This document shows, one piece after another, positions 8,311-18,091 of a stretch of DNA of 64,000 bases. Position 1 is the stretch's first letter. The number at the start of each line of letters is the position of its first letter. Location: positions 96,001 to 160,000 of the forward strand of contig CAWKNZ010000002.1 in the NCBI GenBank assembly GCA_963851265.1, in the 5' to 3' direction. The notes below the pieces were generated by a model. It had not been told where the DNA came from and searched no databases. It saw only the letters and a program-made list of their open reading frames with translations. The position numbers were made by a program, and so were the translations under genes. This DNA is from an uncultured Gemmatimonadales bacterium (GTDB lineage: Bacteria > Gemmatimonadota > Gemmatimonadetes > Gemmatimonadales > Gemmatimonadaceae).

Positions 8311-10070
8311 CGGACGATTTCGAGGATCGGGGATTCATCGACGGTGTCGGTCGGTTCGGTCTCGGCGGCCGCGTCGGGCGCGTCGAAGCAGTGCAGCGCG
8401 GCGAGGGCCTGCGGATAGCGGAGCCGGTCGGCCGGCCAGTCGGGGACGAGCACGTCGGGAAGCGCGTCGCGGACGCGCGCGCGTTCGGCCGGATCGGCAT
8501 CGACGAACACGACGTGCTGGAGCGCGATGCCGAGCTCGGAGGCGAGGTCGGCGACGTGTCGCACCTTGTCGCCGCCCATGCGTCGCGCGGCGAAGTCGGT
8601 GTCCCGCAGCAGGACGTCGGGCTGTTGGCGGAGCATGTCGAACACGACGGATTCGGCGTCGCTGCTCGCGAGGGCGAGCACGACGCCGCGGCGTGCGAGC
8701 CGGCGGACGGCTCGTTGGAAGTCGGCGAGCGCGGCGCGCTCGGTCGCGTGCGCGCCCGCGTGTTGGGCATCGCGCGCGGCATCAGGGCGGCCGTGATTCC
8801 ACCAGGTGTGGTCGAGGCCGAGCACGAGCAGGGTGCGCGCGTGTCCGAGGGCGCCGCGCACGGTAGCCTTGATGTCGCATGCCGCCGCCGCGACGGCGTT
8901 GGGAGGCAAGGCGACGGCGCCGAGGTACCACGCGCGGGCGGCGCGGTCGTCGATCCCGGCGGCGGCCCGCCAGCGGGTCGCGTCGAGAACGAACACGTTC
9001 GGCATCTCCGCCGCGCGTTCCATGAGTCGAGCGTTCATGCGGGTGGTCATCCACGCGTTGCCGCCCGGTCGCGCGTCGCGCATACCGAGGCCGCGGTCGC
9101 CGGCGGCGAGGGACCAGGTGGGGGCGATGACGACGCGGAAGCGTGTGGCGCCGGCCTCGATCGCGTCGCAGAAGGCGTCGACGTCGGCGAGGATCTCCTC
9201 GTCGGTGACCGGGGCGCCGTCGAGGGCACGGGCGAACGCCGGCGACACCTGGTCGGGGCGCGTCCAGACGACGGCGAAATCGGCGTGTTGCGCGTCTGGG
9301 AGGGCAGGCAAGAGCGGCGCCCGCAGGTCGAGGGGCGCGGCGACGGCGACCATCGCCGGGGCGTCGGTCGAATCGGCGAGACGCGCGACGAGCTCGCGCG
9401 TCGCGAAGTCCGAGACCACGACGCCGCGCGGCGTGGAGCCCGCGGGCGCGTCGGCGCGCGAGTGCCTAGCGGCCGGCGGCGCTCCGCCCGGCGCGCGTAT
9501 CGGGCGGAGCACGCGGGCCGGCACGCCGCCGGCGAGCACGCCGGGCGGTATCTCGCCCTCGACGACGCTGCCCGCGGCGATCGTGGAGCCGGCGCCAATG
9601 CGCGCGCCGGGGCGAAGCGTGACCCGGCCGGCGAGCCACACGCCGTCGCCGACGACGATCGGCTCGGCGGCGTCGTCGGGGCGCTCGGCGTCGCTCACGA
9701 CGCAGTAGGGCCCGATGTTCACGCCGTCACCGATGGTCACCGAGGACGTGGCGACGAGGAGTGAGCCGAAGTTGAGGAGGAGTTTGTTGCCGATGCGCAG
9801 GGTGGCGCCCGGGCCGGCGGCGAGTTCGCAGGGGGCCGGGCCCGCGTTGATCACGAGATCGTCGCCGATGGTGATCGATCCCTCGTTGCGGACCACCGGA
9901 CGCCCCAACACGCGCGGGCGGGCGCCGACGCGGTCACACGCGCGCAGGCGGTGCGGGGCGAGAGCGGAGGCGGCGATGTAGCGCCGGCCCTTCGCGATGC
10001 GTGCCCCGACGGGGAGGTCGCGGTCGCGGGCGAGGCTGCGCGCGATCTTCTGGAGGAGGGGGGGCTTCAT
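8307..10070 (-). CDS. LbH acyltransferase fused to an FkbH-like (HAD-IIIC) domain, degenerate
   Basis: N-terminal LbH ending GGVPAR; C-terminal LLVLGLDHTWW, FQ..RRGVVLALAS, VFVDADPAERARVRDALPDV. Confidence 0.75.
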   Translation of the reverse strand: MKPPLLQKIARSLARDRDLPVGARIAKGRRYIAASALAPHRLRACDRVGARPRVLGRPVVRNEGSITIGDDLVINAGPAPCELAAGPGATLRIGNKLLLNFGSLLVATSSVTIGDGVNIGPYCVVSDAERPDDAAEPIVVGDGVWLAGRVTLRPGARIGAGSTIAAGSVVEGEIPPGVLAGGVPARVLRPIRAPGGAPPAARHSRADAPAGSTPRGVVVSDFATRELVARLADSTDAPAMVAVAAPLDLRAPLLPALPDAQHADFAVVWTRPDQVSPAFARALDGAPVTDEEILADVDAFCDAIEAGATRFRVVIAPTWSLAAGDRGLGMRDARPGGNAWMTTRMNARLMERAAEMPNVFVLDATRWRAAAGIDDRAARAWYLGAVALPPNAVAAAACDIKATVRGALGHARTLLVLGLDHTWWNHGRPDAARDAQHAGAHATERAALADFQRAVRRLARRGVVLALASSDAESVVFDMLRQQPDVLLRDTDFAARRMGGDKVRHVADLASELGIALQHVVFVDADPAERARVRDALPDVLVPDWPADRLRYPQALAALHCFDAPDAAAETEPTDTVDESPILEIVR

Positions 10071-10095
10071 GCGGCGGGTGGCTGGGGGCGGTGCG

Positions 10096-11628
10096 TCAGG
10101 CGGTGGCGACGCCGGCGCGCCGGCCGGCGCCGAGCGCGCCCTGAGCGAAGCCCCGGAGCTCGCGCGGGTTCACGGCGCCCGTGGCGACGACGCCTGCGGC
10201 GTAGACGATGGCGTCGGCAGCTAGGCGCCAGACGCCCGTTGGCGCGAGGAAGTGGTCGGCGACGAGGACGGCGGCGCAGACGCCCGCGGTCTTGGCGAGG
10301 ACGACGGCGAGGCGGCGGTCGACGCCGCGGCGGCCGATGAGCCAGGCCATCATGCCGGCGGCGTAGAGTTCTGTGAGGACGAGCGCGGCGCCCGCGCCGA
10401 CGCCGGCGCCGCCCGGGCCTAACGCGCGCAAGCCGTGCGGCACGAGCCACAGGTTGAGCAGCGGCGAGAGCAGCATGCCGGACATCGACACCCAGCTCAC
10501 GGCCCAGCCGCGCTCGAGGCGGACGAGGACGCTCGCGCTCACCATGGCCGCGTACGTGAGCACGAACGTCGGCGCGAGCAAGCGGAGGCTCATCGCCGCG
10601 GGGGCGAAGGCGCGGCCGAACGCCAGCGCGACGATGGGGTCTGCGGCGACGTAGAGGCCGAGCGACGCCGGGATCGCGAGCGAGAGGATCATCTCCATCG
10701 ACCGGCGCGTGACCAGCATGAGCTCGTCCTCGGAGCGGGCGGCCGCGCGCGAGGTGAGTGGGAGGAGGACCCAGCCGATGAGCGGCGACAGCAGCAGCGA
10801 CATGCCGGCGAGCGTGCCCGCCGCGCCGTACCATCCGACCTCGGTGTCGTTGGTGAGGAACGACATGATGCTGACGTCGACCTTGCAGTAGATCGTCTGC
10901 GCGACGCTGGCCGTGAAGAACGGCAGGCTGGCGCGGATGACGGCGAGCGAGGCGGCGGTGTCGATGCGGAAGCGGAGGCCGACGTGGCGCCGGGAGAGGA
11001 TGGCGAGGGCGGCGGCCTTGAGCGCCTCGGAGGCGAGCATGGCGACGGCGACGCCGATCACGCCCTGGCCGAACGCGAGCGCGACGGCGATGCCGATGCC
11101 CCACACGACCTTTGACGCGACGTTCCAGACGGAGAGGCCGTCGACTTGGCCGACCGCCTGCAGCATCGCCGCGTAAATCGCGTTGAGGTTGAAAATGACT
11201 TGGGCGACGCCGAGCACGACGACGAGGCGGAGCACGTCGTGCGGCTTGCCGGCGACGCCGAGCGCGGCGACGCCCGCGACGAGCACGATGGCGCTGAGCG
11301 CGAGTCGGAGGACGAAGGTGCCCCCGAAGAAGTCGTTCGCGTGCTCGCTGCGGGTGGCGAGTTCCTTCCGGACGTAGGTGTCGAGCCCGAGGCTCGCGGC
11401 GATGAAGATCGTCGACGTGAACGCGTCGGCGAACTGAAAGCCGCCGAAGGCCGCGGGGCCGAGGTGGCGCGGGAGGGCGATGCGGACGAGCAGGCCGACG
11501 GCCCAGGTGCCGACGAGCGATCCGCCGAGTTTGGCCGCGTCGCGCATGGCTCGCCACACGTCGCCGCGCAACTCGCCGCGGTCACGGGGGATCGCGGGCG
11601 CGGCGGCCAGGGTCGGGCCGTAGATCAT
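10096..11628 (-). CDS. Wzx flippase (polysaccharide biosynthesis transporter)
   Basis: Many TM helices; LGPAAFG, LGLDTYVRKELA, IYCKVDVSIM...EVGWYGAA; start taken at ATG 11628. Confidence 0.85.
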   Translation of the reverse strand: MIYGPTLAAAPAIPRDRGELRGDVWRAMRDAAKLGGSLVGTWAVGLLVRIALPRHLGPAAFGGFQFADAFTSTIFIAASLGLDTYVRKELATRSEHANDFFGGTFVLRLALSAIVLVAGVAALGVAGKPHDVLRLVVVLGVAQVIFNLNAIYAAMLQAVGQVDGLSVWNVASKVVWGIGIAVALAFGQGVIGVAVAMLASEALKAAALAILSRRHVGLRFRIDTAASLAVIRASLPFFTASVAQTIYCKVDVSIMSFLTNDTEVGWYGAAGTLAGMSLLLSPLIGWVLLPLTSRAAARSEDELMLVTRRSMEMILSLAIPASLGLYVAADPIVALAFGRAFAPAAMSLRLLAPTFVLTYAAMVSASVLVRLERGWAVSWVSMSGMLLSPLLNLWLVPHGLRALGPGGAGVGAGAALVLTELYAAGMMAWLIGRRGVDRRLAVVLAKTAGVCAAVLVADHFLAPTGVWRLAADAIVYAAGVVATGAVNPRELRGFAQGALGAGRRAGVATA

Positions 11629-11876
11629 GTGCGGGGCTACTCGGCGCGGTGTGAGGGGTGATCCGCGGGGGAGATGGGCGGATCGGAGGGGATGGGTGGC
11701 GCGCGGCAGCGGCCCGGGGTGCGGGCGCAGTGCCGTGTTCGCGCGACCCTGGGGAGTGTCGGACGGGTGCGCGGCGGAGTTCAGCGGCACGGCGGCGGGG
11801 CACAAACGACGAGCCGCCGGCGCGAGCATGCTCGCGCCGGCGGCTTCAGGTGGGGCGTGGCTGAAAGACGCCTCGA

Positions 11877-13589
11877 TCAGTACAGGGTCTGGCCGTTACC
11901 GAGGAGGCCGACCTGACAGTCGACGGAACTGTTGAGGCACTGCGTCACGATCGTGCGCATGGTGTTCGTGTCCCAGCCGAGCATCCAGTCGGCGTGGGCG
12001 GAGTAGCCGCCCGGGAGGGCGGTGCTGTACATGTCGGAACTCAGGCGCCACCGGGCAGGGACAGAGCCGGGGAGCACGGGAAAGTCGAAGTGCTCGGTGA
12101 TCTCGGGGAGGGGAACCGGGTGGTCGGCGGGGCACGTGCTCCGGCCCTGCGTGTTCGAGTAGTTGGGGAAGGCCATGTGGCTCTTGTGGTCCGGCGCGTC
12201 GAGGTTGCGGCCGTCCCAGCACTGTGGGAAGATGACCGTCAGGCGCACCGCGTCGCCCACGCCGCACTGCGGGATGCTGCCGGTCGCGTTGTTGCCGTTC
12301 GCGCTGACGCAGCTCCACGAGATGCCGTAGGGCTGATCGCTCGTGCTGGCCGCGCGCATGTTGCCGGCGATGATGCGCAGCCCTTGCGGGAAGGGTTGGA
12401 TCGCGGTCGGGTTCATGTCGTACCCGGTCTTGTAGTAGACGACGGCGAGGTCGGGCACCTGAGCGGTGCTCGTCGCGGGGTCGACGACGGCGGGCATCCA
12501 GTACGCGGAGCGGTTGAGCGTTCCGCCGAGGCAGGTGCCGTTGCCCGAGGTGCTGAGCGAGGCCGCGGTGGACGCGGCGCTCACTCCGGTGTTGCCGAAA
12601 AACATGTGCAGGTGGGAGGCTCCGGCCTGCCCGGGGAAGACGATCGGATCGTCGAAGGCGAACTTGGTCATCCCGCACGTGGTGCGGAACGCGCCTTCCC
12701 CGGGGATGTAGCTCGGCGCCTCGGTCGTCGCCGTCGTCTGCGGGCCGGAGGCGCCCGGGGAGCCGAGCGGGACGGTGATCGTCGTGCCGAGCCCGTTCAT
12801 GCCGGCCATCGGGTTGGCCAGCGTCGTCGTCTGCATGGGGCCGTAGTCGCAGTGGAGCGGCTGGCCGGGCGCGGGGTTCTGGCCGCCGAAGGCGTACGTG
12901 GCGCAGGGGACGCCGTGGTAGGCGGTCTGCTGCACGTAGGGTCCGTTAGGCCCACCGAGGCGCACCGCCCGCAGCCCCATGAAGTCGCACGCGTACCCCG
13001 CGGTGGCGCACTGCGTCCACGCGGTGGTGGCGGGGGGCGCCGGGGTCGGCGGGGGTGTGGGGGCTACGGGCTGCAGCGTCCAGCGCTGATTGGGGCCGGC
13101 GTAGCACGTCCAGAGCTGGACGCGCGCACCCGGGGTGGTCGAGAAGTTCTCGACGTCGACGCACTTGCCGGCGATGCCGACGATGGTACCCGCGTTCGTG
13201 ATCGTCCACTTCTGGTTGGAACCGCCGTGGCAGTTCCACATCAGGACAGTTTCGCCGTTCAGACCCGTGCCGCCGTCGGCGTCCATGCAGAACGCGCCGT
13301 TGTAGAGCGACAGCTCGCCCCTCGCGGTGACCGTGAAACGCTGGTTGGCCGCTCCGCTGCAGACGGCGGTGACGAGGATCGTGCCCGCGGTCTGGCCGGT
13401 GCCGTTGACGCTGGCGCACAGGGTGGGAGCGAGCGCGCTGACGAGGGACACCGTGGTGCCGGCGACTGGCGCCGCGTCGGTGATGGTCTGCGTCGTCAGC
13501 GGCTTCGGCGCGGTGGGGGCGATCGCGTCGCTGCAGGCGCCGGCGACGAGCCACGCGACGACGCCCACGAGGTAGCGCAAGGATCGCAT
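11877..13589 (-). CDS. Lipoprotein with ricin-B lectin, small Cys-rich module and DUF1996 domain
   Basis: Lipobox AGAC; three NQR/KW-type ricin repeats; FRTTC..FDDPIVFPGQAGASHLHMFFGN, NRSAYW, FPQCWDG..LD..DHKSH, HADW. Alternative GTG start at 13634. Confidence 0.85.
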   Translation of the reverse strand: MRSLRYLVGVVAWLVAGACSDAIAPTAPKPLTTQTITDAAPVAGTTVSLVSALAPTLCASVNGTGQTAGTILVTAVCSGAANQRFTVTARGELSLYNGAFCMDADGGTGLNGETVLMWNCHGGSNQKWTITNAGTIVGIAGKCVDVENFSTTPGARVQLWTCYAGPNQRWTLQPVAPTPPPTPAPPATTAWTQCATAGYACDFMGLRAVRLGGPNGPYVQQTAYHGVPCATYAFGGQNPAPGQPLHCDYGPMQTTTLANPMAGMNGLGTTITVPLGSPGASGPQTTATTEAPSYIPGEGAFRTTCGMTKFAFDDPIVFPGQAGASHLHMFFGNTGVSAASTAASLSTSGNGTCLGGTLNRSAYWMPAVVDPATSTAQVPDLAVVYYKTGYDMNPTAIQPFPQGLRIIAGNMRAASTSDQPYGISWSCVSANGNNATGSIPQCGVGDAVRLTVIFPQCWDGRNLDAPDHKSHMAFPNYSNTQGRSTCPADHPVPLPEITEHFDFPVLPGSVPARWRLSSDMYSTALPGGYSAHADWMLGWDTNTMRTIVTQCLNSSVDCQVGLLGNGQTLY

Positions 13590-13630
13590 CAGAGGGACGG
13601 GGGAGGTGACTGGCAGGCGGTGCGCGGACG

Positions 13631-15112
13631 TCACGGCGCGACGGCGGTGTACGTGGCGCGGAGGATGGGGTCCTGCTGTCCGCTCGCGGCGTTGGGCACG
13701 TGCCCCTCGCCGAGGGTCCAGACGATCGCGCCGCCGAGCCCTTGCGCGGCGACGTAGGCACCCTTCTCGCCCGCGGACTGCGGGTTTTCGTAGGAGACGA
13801 AGGTGCACTGCTGCGGGCCGGCGGCGGCCGCGAAGCTGAGGTAGCCCATGCGGGCGGTCGCGTCCCAGTGGTAGGCCGCGGCGCTGTAGTACTGGCCGAC
13901 GATGTTGGCGTAGCTCATCGCGTTGTCGCTGGCGACGACGTCGGCGCCGGCGGTGAGCGTCTGGAGCGGGGCCGTCACGCCGCGCCAGCAAGAGCCGTAG
14001 GTGCCGATGCCCACGCCGAGCTTGGTCGCGGGGACGCCGGCGGCGCGGTACGCCGCGATCGTGCTCGAGACGGAACTCGGGTGGTCGGAGCCCTCGCCGT
14101 AGAGGGCGGCGGAGTGCCAGGACACCCATCCGTTCCAGTTACCGGCCATCTCGTAGGACATGACGTTCATCTGGTCGACGAGCGGGGCGAGCTGGGCGTA
14201 CCAGGTGTCGGCGCCGAAGTTGGCGTTGACCCAGCCGACCGGTGCGGTGAGGAGCAGGCCCGGACGTGCCGTGCGCAGGTCGCGGAGAAACTGGAGGAGC
14301 TGGGGCTTGTCGCTGTCGTTGAGCGGCTCCCAGTCGACGTCGAGCCCGTCGTAGCGGAGCGAGTCGAGGGTGCGGAGCAGGTTGCCGACGAACGCCGCGC
14401 GGTAGCTGTCGGAGGTCGCGCTCACGAGGCTGTCGTGGTAGCCGGCGCCGCCGAGCATGAGGATGGCCTTGCGCCCCGCGGCGTGTGCGCGCGTCGACAG
14501 GTTGCGGGCCATGATCGGCCCGTTGGTGTTGTCGAGGTAGAAGTCGGTGGTGACGCCGCCGGTGCTGGTCGCCTGGACGGCGCCGAGCACGACGTGTGTC
14601 ATGTACGTGAAGTCGACGCTCGTCTCGGGGTACGCCGAACGCTGGTAGCCGGCGTAGTAGCCGGTGACCCAGTGCCCCTGCCCGGCCGCGACCGGCGCCG
14701 TCGGGGTGACGGCTGGCGAGGGTTGTGAAGCGGGGCCGGTGCCCGCGGCGTTTCGGGCGACGACGGTGAAGGTGTACGCGGTGCCGTTGGTGAGCCCGGT
14801 GACGGTCGCGGTGGTGGTCGGAGCGCTCACCGTGGTGGTGGCGCCGCCCGGGGCGGCCGTGACCGTGTAGCTGACGATCGAGCTACCGCCGGAGCTGGAC
14901 GGTGCCTTCCACGACGCGGTGGCCCGCGCGTTGCCGGCCGCGGCACTGACGGTGAGCGGTGCCGACGGGACGGCGGCGCGCTGCCTCGAATCGAGGGGCG
15001 CGGCGGCGGATGCCGTGCGGGGGGCCGTCGCGTCGGGCGAGCAGGCGGTAAGCGCCGCGAGGGCCAGGGGCACCGGGGTGCCGAGGGCGCGGCGGATCGT
15101 TTGACACTTCAA
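13631..15112 (-). CDS. FN3 + GH18 (chitinase-like) glycoside hydrolase lipoprotein
   Basis: LTAC lipobox; FN3 (WKAP..GGS.I.SYTV..GLTNGTAYTFTV); intact DGLDVDWE; NVMSYE; GLGGAIVW. TTG start uncertain. Confidence 0.85.
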   Translation of the reverse strand: MKCQTIRRALGTPVPLALAALTACSPDATAPRTASAAAPLDSRQRAAVPSAPLTVSAAAGNARATASWKAPSSSGGSSIVSYTVTAAPGGATTTVSAPTTTATVTGLTNGTAYTFTVVARNAAGTGPASQPSPAVTPTAPVAAGQGHWVTGYYAGYQRSAYPETSVDFTYMTHVVLGAVQATSTGGVTTDFYLDNTNGPIMARNLSTRAHAAGRKAILMLGGAGYHDSLVSATSDSYRAAFVGNLLRTLDSLRYDGLDVDWEPLNDSDKPQLLQFLRDLRTARPGLLLTAPVGWVNANFGADTWYAQLAPLVDQMNVMSYEMAGNWNGWVSWHSAALYGEGSDHPSSVSSTIAAYRAAGVPATKLGVGIGTYGSCWRGVTAPLQTLTAGADVVASDNAMSYANIVGQYYSAAAYHWDATARMGYLSFAAAAGPQQCTFVSYENPQSAGEKGAYVAAQGLGGAIVWTLGEGHVPNAASGQQDPILRATYTAVAP

Positions 15113-15339
15113 CGCGGGACTCCGTAGGGCGGGGCGTGGGCGCGCGGGCGTACGAAGCGCGCCTGCGTCAGTGGACGCGGGCGCGACTCTTGGCCATGGA
15201 AACGGCGCGGCCATCGAACCGGCGGGAATGCGGGGGTCGCCGGCGCGCCGAGGCACGGCGCGGCGAGTTACGGCGCGGCGTATGCGCACCTCCGACCCGG
15301 CGCGCGGGTCGGTGGGCGCCTCCGACAGCTTCAGGACGA

Positions 15340-15442
15340 GAGCTAAGCGGAATGGCCGAGTACGGAGTGACTCCTGTCACACACGGCTGCCTATTCGCGA
15401 ATATTGACAACGTGTAGCAATTTCGCTGCGCGCCGCGTGCCG
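15340..15442. promoter_or_regulatory. AT-rich intergenic segment with 12-bp palindrome TATTCGCGAATA (15392-15403), probable promoter/operator of the GH18 gene
   Basis: Local GC drop; palindrome visible; no clean -35/-10 pair. Confidence 0.3.
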
Positions 15443-17173
15443 TTATGGCGTCAGGACGACGGTGCTGACGCTGAGCGCCGGCATCGCGTAGTCGAAGGCG
15501 TTGCCCGGCGCGAGCGCGAGGTCGGGGGCGCGCGCGGGGGCGGGTCCGGCGGCCGTGAGCGTGTAGACGCGGGCGGTGCGCAGCGCCGCGGTGTGGGCGA
15601 CGACGACGTGCGCGGTCTGGGCGGTGCGCCGCTTGTTGATGGCGACGAGGACGACGCGGCCGCGCGCGTCGAGGCTCGCGTAGACCGACGCGGCCGCGGC
15701 GTCGCTCGTCGTGGCGCCGACGCCGGTGTCGCCGAAGCGGCCGCCCGCGCCGTCGTAGTTGAGGAACATGCGGAACGCGGCGAAGGCGTAGGCATAGGCC
15801 ACCGCGCCGCGGCCGGCGTAGGGCGGGGCCCACGCGTTGGCCTGCGGCCAGAGCGCGGCCGCGTAGACGCCCTCGCGGCCGAAGATGCCTAACACATCGG
15901 CCTGTGCGACGCCGCCGGACACGTCGCCCGCGCGGCCGTAGTAGTACTCGCTGACCGCGAGGCGGGTGTCGGGGTAGTGCGCGGCGACGGCGTCGCGCAG
16001 GCGCGGCAGGAGCCGCACGGGCCCGCCCGTGACGTCCGATACCCAGCTGTGCTCGTCGTAGGTGGGGTCCCAGAGTGAGCGCGGCGCCTGCACCCGCGCC
16101 TCGACGGCGGCGGAGTCCTGTGGGGCGTTGTCGTTGGTGATGGGGCCGCCGCGCGTGCCGGCGGCGGGGTACCAGTGCACGTCGAGCACGTCGAGCAGGC
16201 GGCGCCCCTCCGCCGACTCGGCCGCGCGCAGGCGGTCGAGGTAGACGTCGACGAAGGCGTGCGCGCGCCAGTTGCCGTACACCGGGTCGTCGGCGGGGTA
16301 GCGACCGAGGGTGAGCACGCCCGTGTACGTGGCGAGCGCGGGGCCGAAGACGAGGGCGTCGGGCGCGGCGCGCTTGACCGCGCGGGCGAAGGCGATGGTG
16401 GTGTCGGCGAACGCGTCGTAGGTCTGGAGGCGGGGCGCCGCGGGGTCGTCGCCGCGGTCGCTCTCGATCTCCTTGTGCGTCGCGTGCCAGGAGTCGGGCT
16501 CGTTGTCGAGCGAGAACATGAGGCGCCGCGTGGTGTCGCCGGTCGCGCCGGGGAAGGTGCGGGTGGCCCAGCGCACGAACTCGTCCTGGTAGACCGGCGC
16601 ACCCGGGCCGGCTGTCGCGGACGTGGCGCCGTCGCGCGTGGGGGCGTTGCGCCGGAAGTGGGCGGCGAGGCGGGCGTCGCGCCCGGCGTCGCTCGTGCCG
16701 ACGTCGCAGTTGCACGCATCGCCGGCGACGTATGGCAGCATCGGAATCGTGGCGAGGAACGCGGCGCCGCGGGCGAATGCCCCGGCCGCGCGCACGCGCA
16801 CCGCCTCGCCGGGGACGGTGCTGGCGCTGAGGTACTGATCGTTGTGGAAGTGGTAGTCGTTGCCGGCGTTGGAATAGTTGGTTTGCCAGTTGTACGCGGA
16901 AAGGCGATTGCCGCCCATGCGGTCGAAGGTGGCCTCGGCGGGCGGGAGGGTGCCGGCCCACGCGGCGGAGTCGCCGGCCGCGTTCACGCCGTAGATGAGG
17001 CGTGAGATGGCGTGCCGCTCGGCGGTGTTCACGCGGAAGGTGAGCGGCGCCTGCGCGCCATCCGGCGGGGTCGTGCCGGGCGCGGTGGGCCGCGGCGCGT
17101 CGGCGCAGGTGACGACGGCGACGGCGGCGCAGAGGGCGGCGTAGGAGGCCAACGCGGAGGAAACAGTGGGCAC
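15443..17173 (-). CDS. Glycoside hydrolase family 44, secreted
   Basis: RMGGNRLSAYNWQTNYSNAGND, LDNEP, LLDVLDVHWYP, LAVSEY, QADVLGIFGREGV; start uncertain. Confidence 0.85.
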   Translation of the reverse strand: MPTVSSALASYAALCAAVAVVTCADAPRPTAPGTTPPDGAQAPLTFRVNTAERHAISRLIYGVNAAGDSAAWAGTLPPAEATFDRMGGNRLSAYNWQTNYSNAGNDYHFHNDQYLSASTVPGEAVRVRAAGAFARGAAFLATIPMLPYVAGDACNCDVGTSDAGRDARLAAHFRRNAPTRDGATSATAGPGAPVYQDEFVRWATRTFPGATGDTTRRLMFSLDNEPDSWHATHKEIESDRGDDPAAPRLQTYDAFADTTIAFARAVKRAAPDALVFGPALATYTGVLTLGRYPADDPVYGNWRAHAFVDVYLDRLRAAESAEGRRLLDVLDVHWYPAAGTRGGPITNDNAPQDSAAVEARVQAPRSLWDPTYDEHSWVSDVTGGPVRLLPRLRDAVAAHYPDTRLAVSEYYYGRAGDVSGGVAQADVLGIFGREGVYAAALWPQANAWAPPYAGRGAVAYAYAFAAFRMFLNYDGAGGRFGDTGVGATTSDAAAASVYASLDARGRVVLVAINKRRTAQTAHVVVAHTAALRTARVYTLTAAGPAPARAPDLALAPGNAFDYAMPALSVSTVVLTP

Positions 17174-17252
17174 GGGGGCGGCGGACGGGGAGCGGCTGGA
17201 TGGAGCGCGTTGCGGGTTGCGCGGTCGTTGGGCGTGCGTCTGGTGCGTACGT

Positions 17253-18053
17253 ATGAGCCATCTTCGCATTCGCACCGCCGCCGAGCGCTTCGCGCCTGCC
17301 GGCGCGATTCTGCGCCGCCGCTACGAGCGTCGGTTTCGCACCGTCGGGGGCGTCGGCGCGCTCTGCGGCGTGTACGACTCGTTCGCCGAGGCGGCTGACG
17401 CCGCGCCGGCTGGGGCGGCACTCGGGTACGACCACGCCGGCGCGGCGGTGCTGTATCGCGACCGACTCGACGAGATCGTGCCCAAGGACTATCCGGCGCT
17501 GTTCTGGTTACGCGACGCGATCGCCGGCGCCGGTTCGGTGTTCGACCTCGGCGGGCACGTCGGGCTCTCGTTCTACGCATTCCGCCGCTACCTGGCGTAT
17601 CCGCCGGGGCTGCGGTGGACCGTGTGCGACGTGCCCGCGGTGGTGGCCGAGGGGGCGAAGCTCGCGAGCGAGCGGGGCGAGGCGGCGCTCGGGTTCACGA
17701 CGGAGCCGGGAGCGATGTCGGGCGCGGACGTGCTGCTCGCCGCCGGGTCGTTGCAGTACATCGAGCGGCCGGTGGACGCCCTGATTGCCGGGCTCGATCG
17801 GCCGCCACGCCACGTGATCATCAACCAGATGCCGACGCACGCGACGCGCGAGTTCGTCACGCTCCAGAACATCGGCGTGGCGTTCTGCCCGTACCGGGTG
17901 GCCCGGGCGGGCGCGGTGCCCGAGGCGTTGGGCCGGCTGGGGTACGAGCTGGTGGACCGGTGGGACGATCCGTCGCGGCGCGTGGCGCTGCCGTACCATC
18001 CCGAGGCGTCACCGGTGTCCTACTCGGGGTTCTACCTGCGGCGGCGGGGCTAA
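17253..18053 (+). CDS. SAM-dependent methyltransferase (TIGR04325-like)
   Basis: GVYDSFAEA, DYPALFWL, VFDLGGHVG, VCDVP, GSLQY, FVTLQ. Confidence 0.8.
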   Translation: MSHLRIRTAAERFAPAGAILRRRYERRFRTVGGVGALCGVYDSFAEAADAAPAGAALGYDHAGAAVLYRDRLDEIVPKDYPALFWLRDAIAGAGSVFDLGGHVGLSFYAFRRYLAYPPGLRWTVCDVPAVVAEGAKLASERGEAALGFTTEPGAMSGADVLLAAGSLQYIERPVDALIAGLDRPPRHVIINQMPTHATREFVTLQNIGVAFCPYRVARAGAVPEALGRLGYELVDRWDDPSRRVALPYHPEASPVSYSGFYLRRRG

Positions 18054-18091
18054 CGGTTCCGCGTTAGTGGTTGCACGCTAACGTTCGCCCC

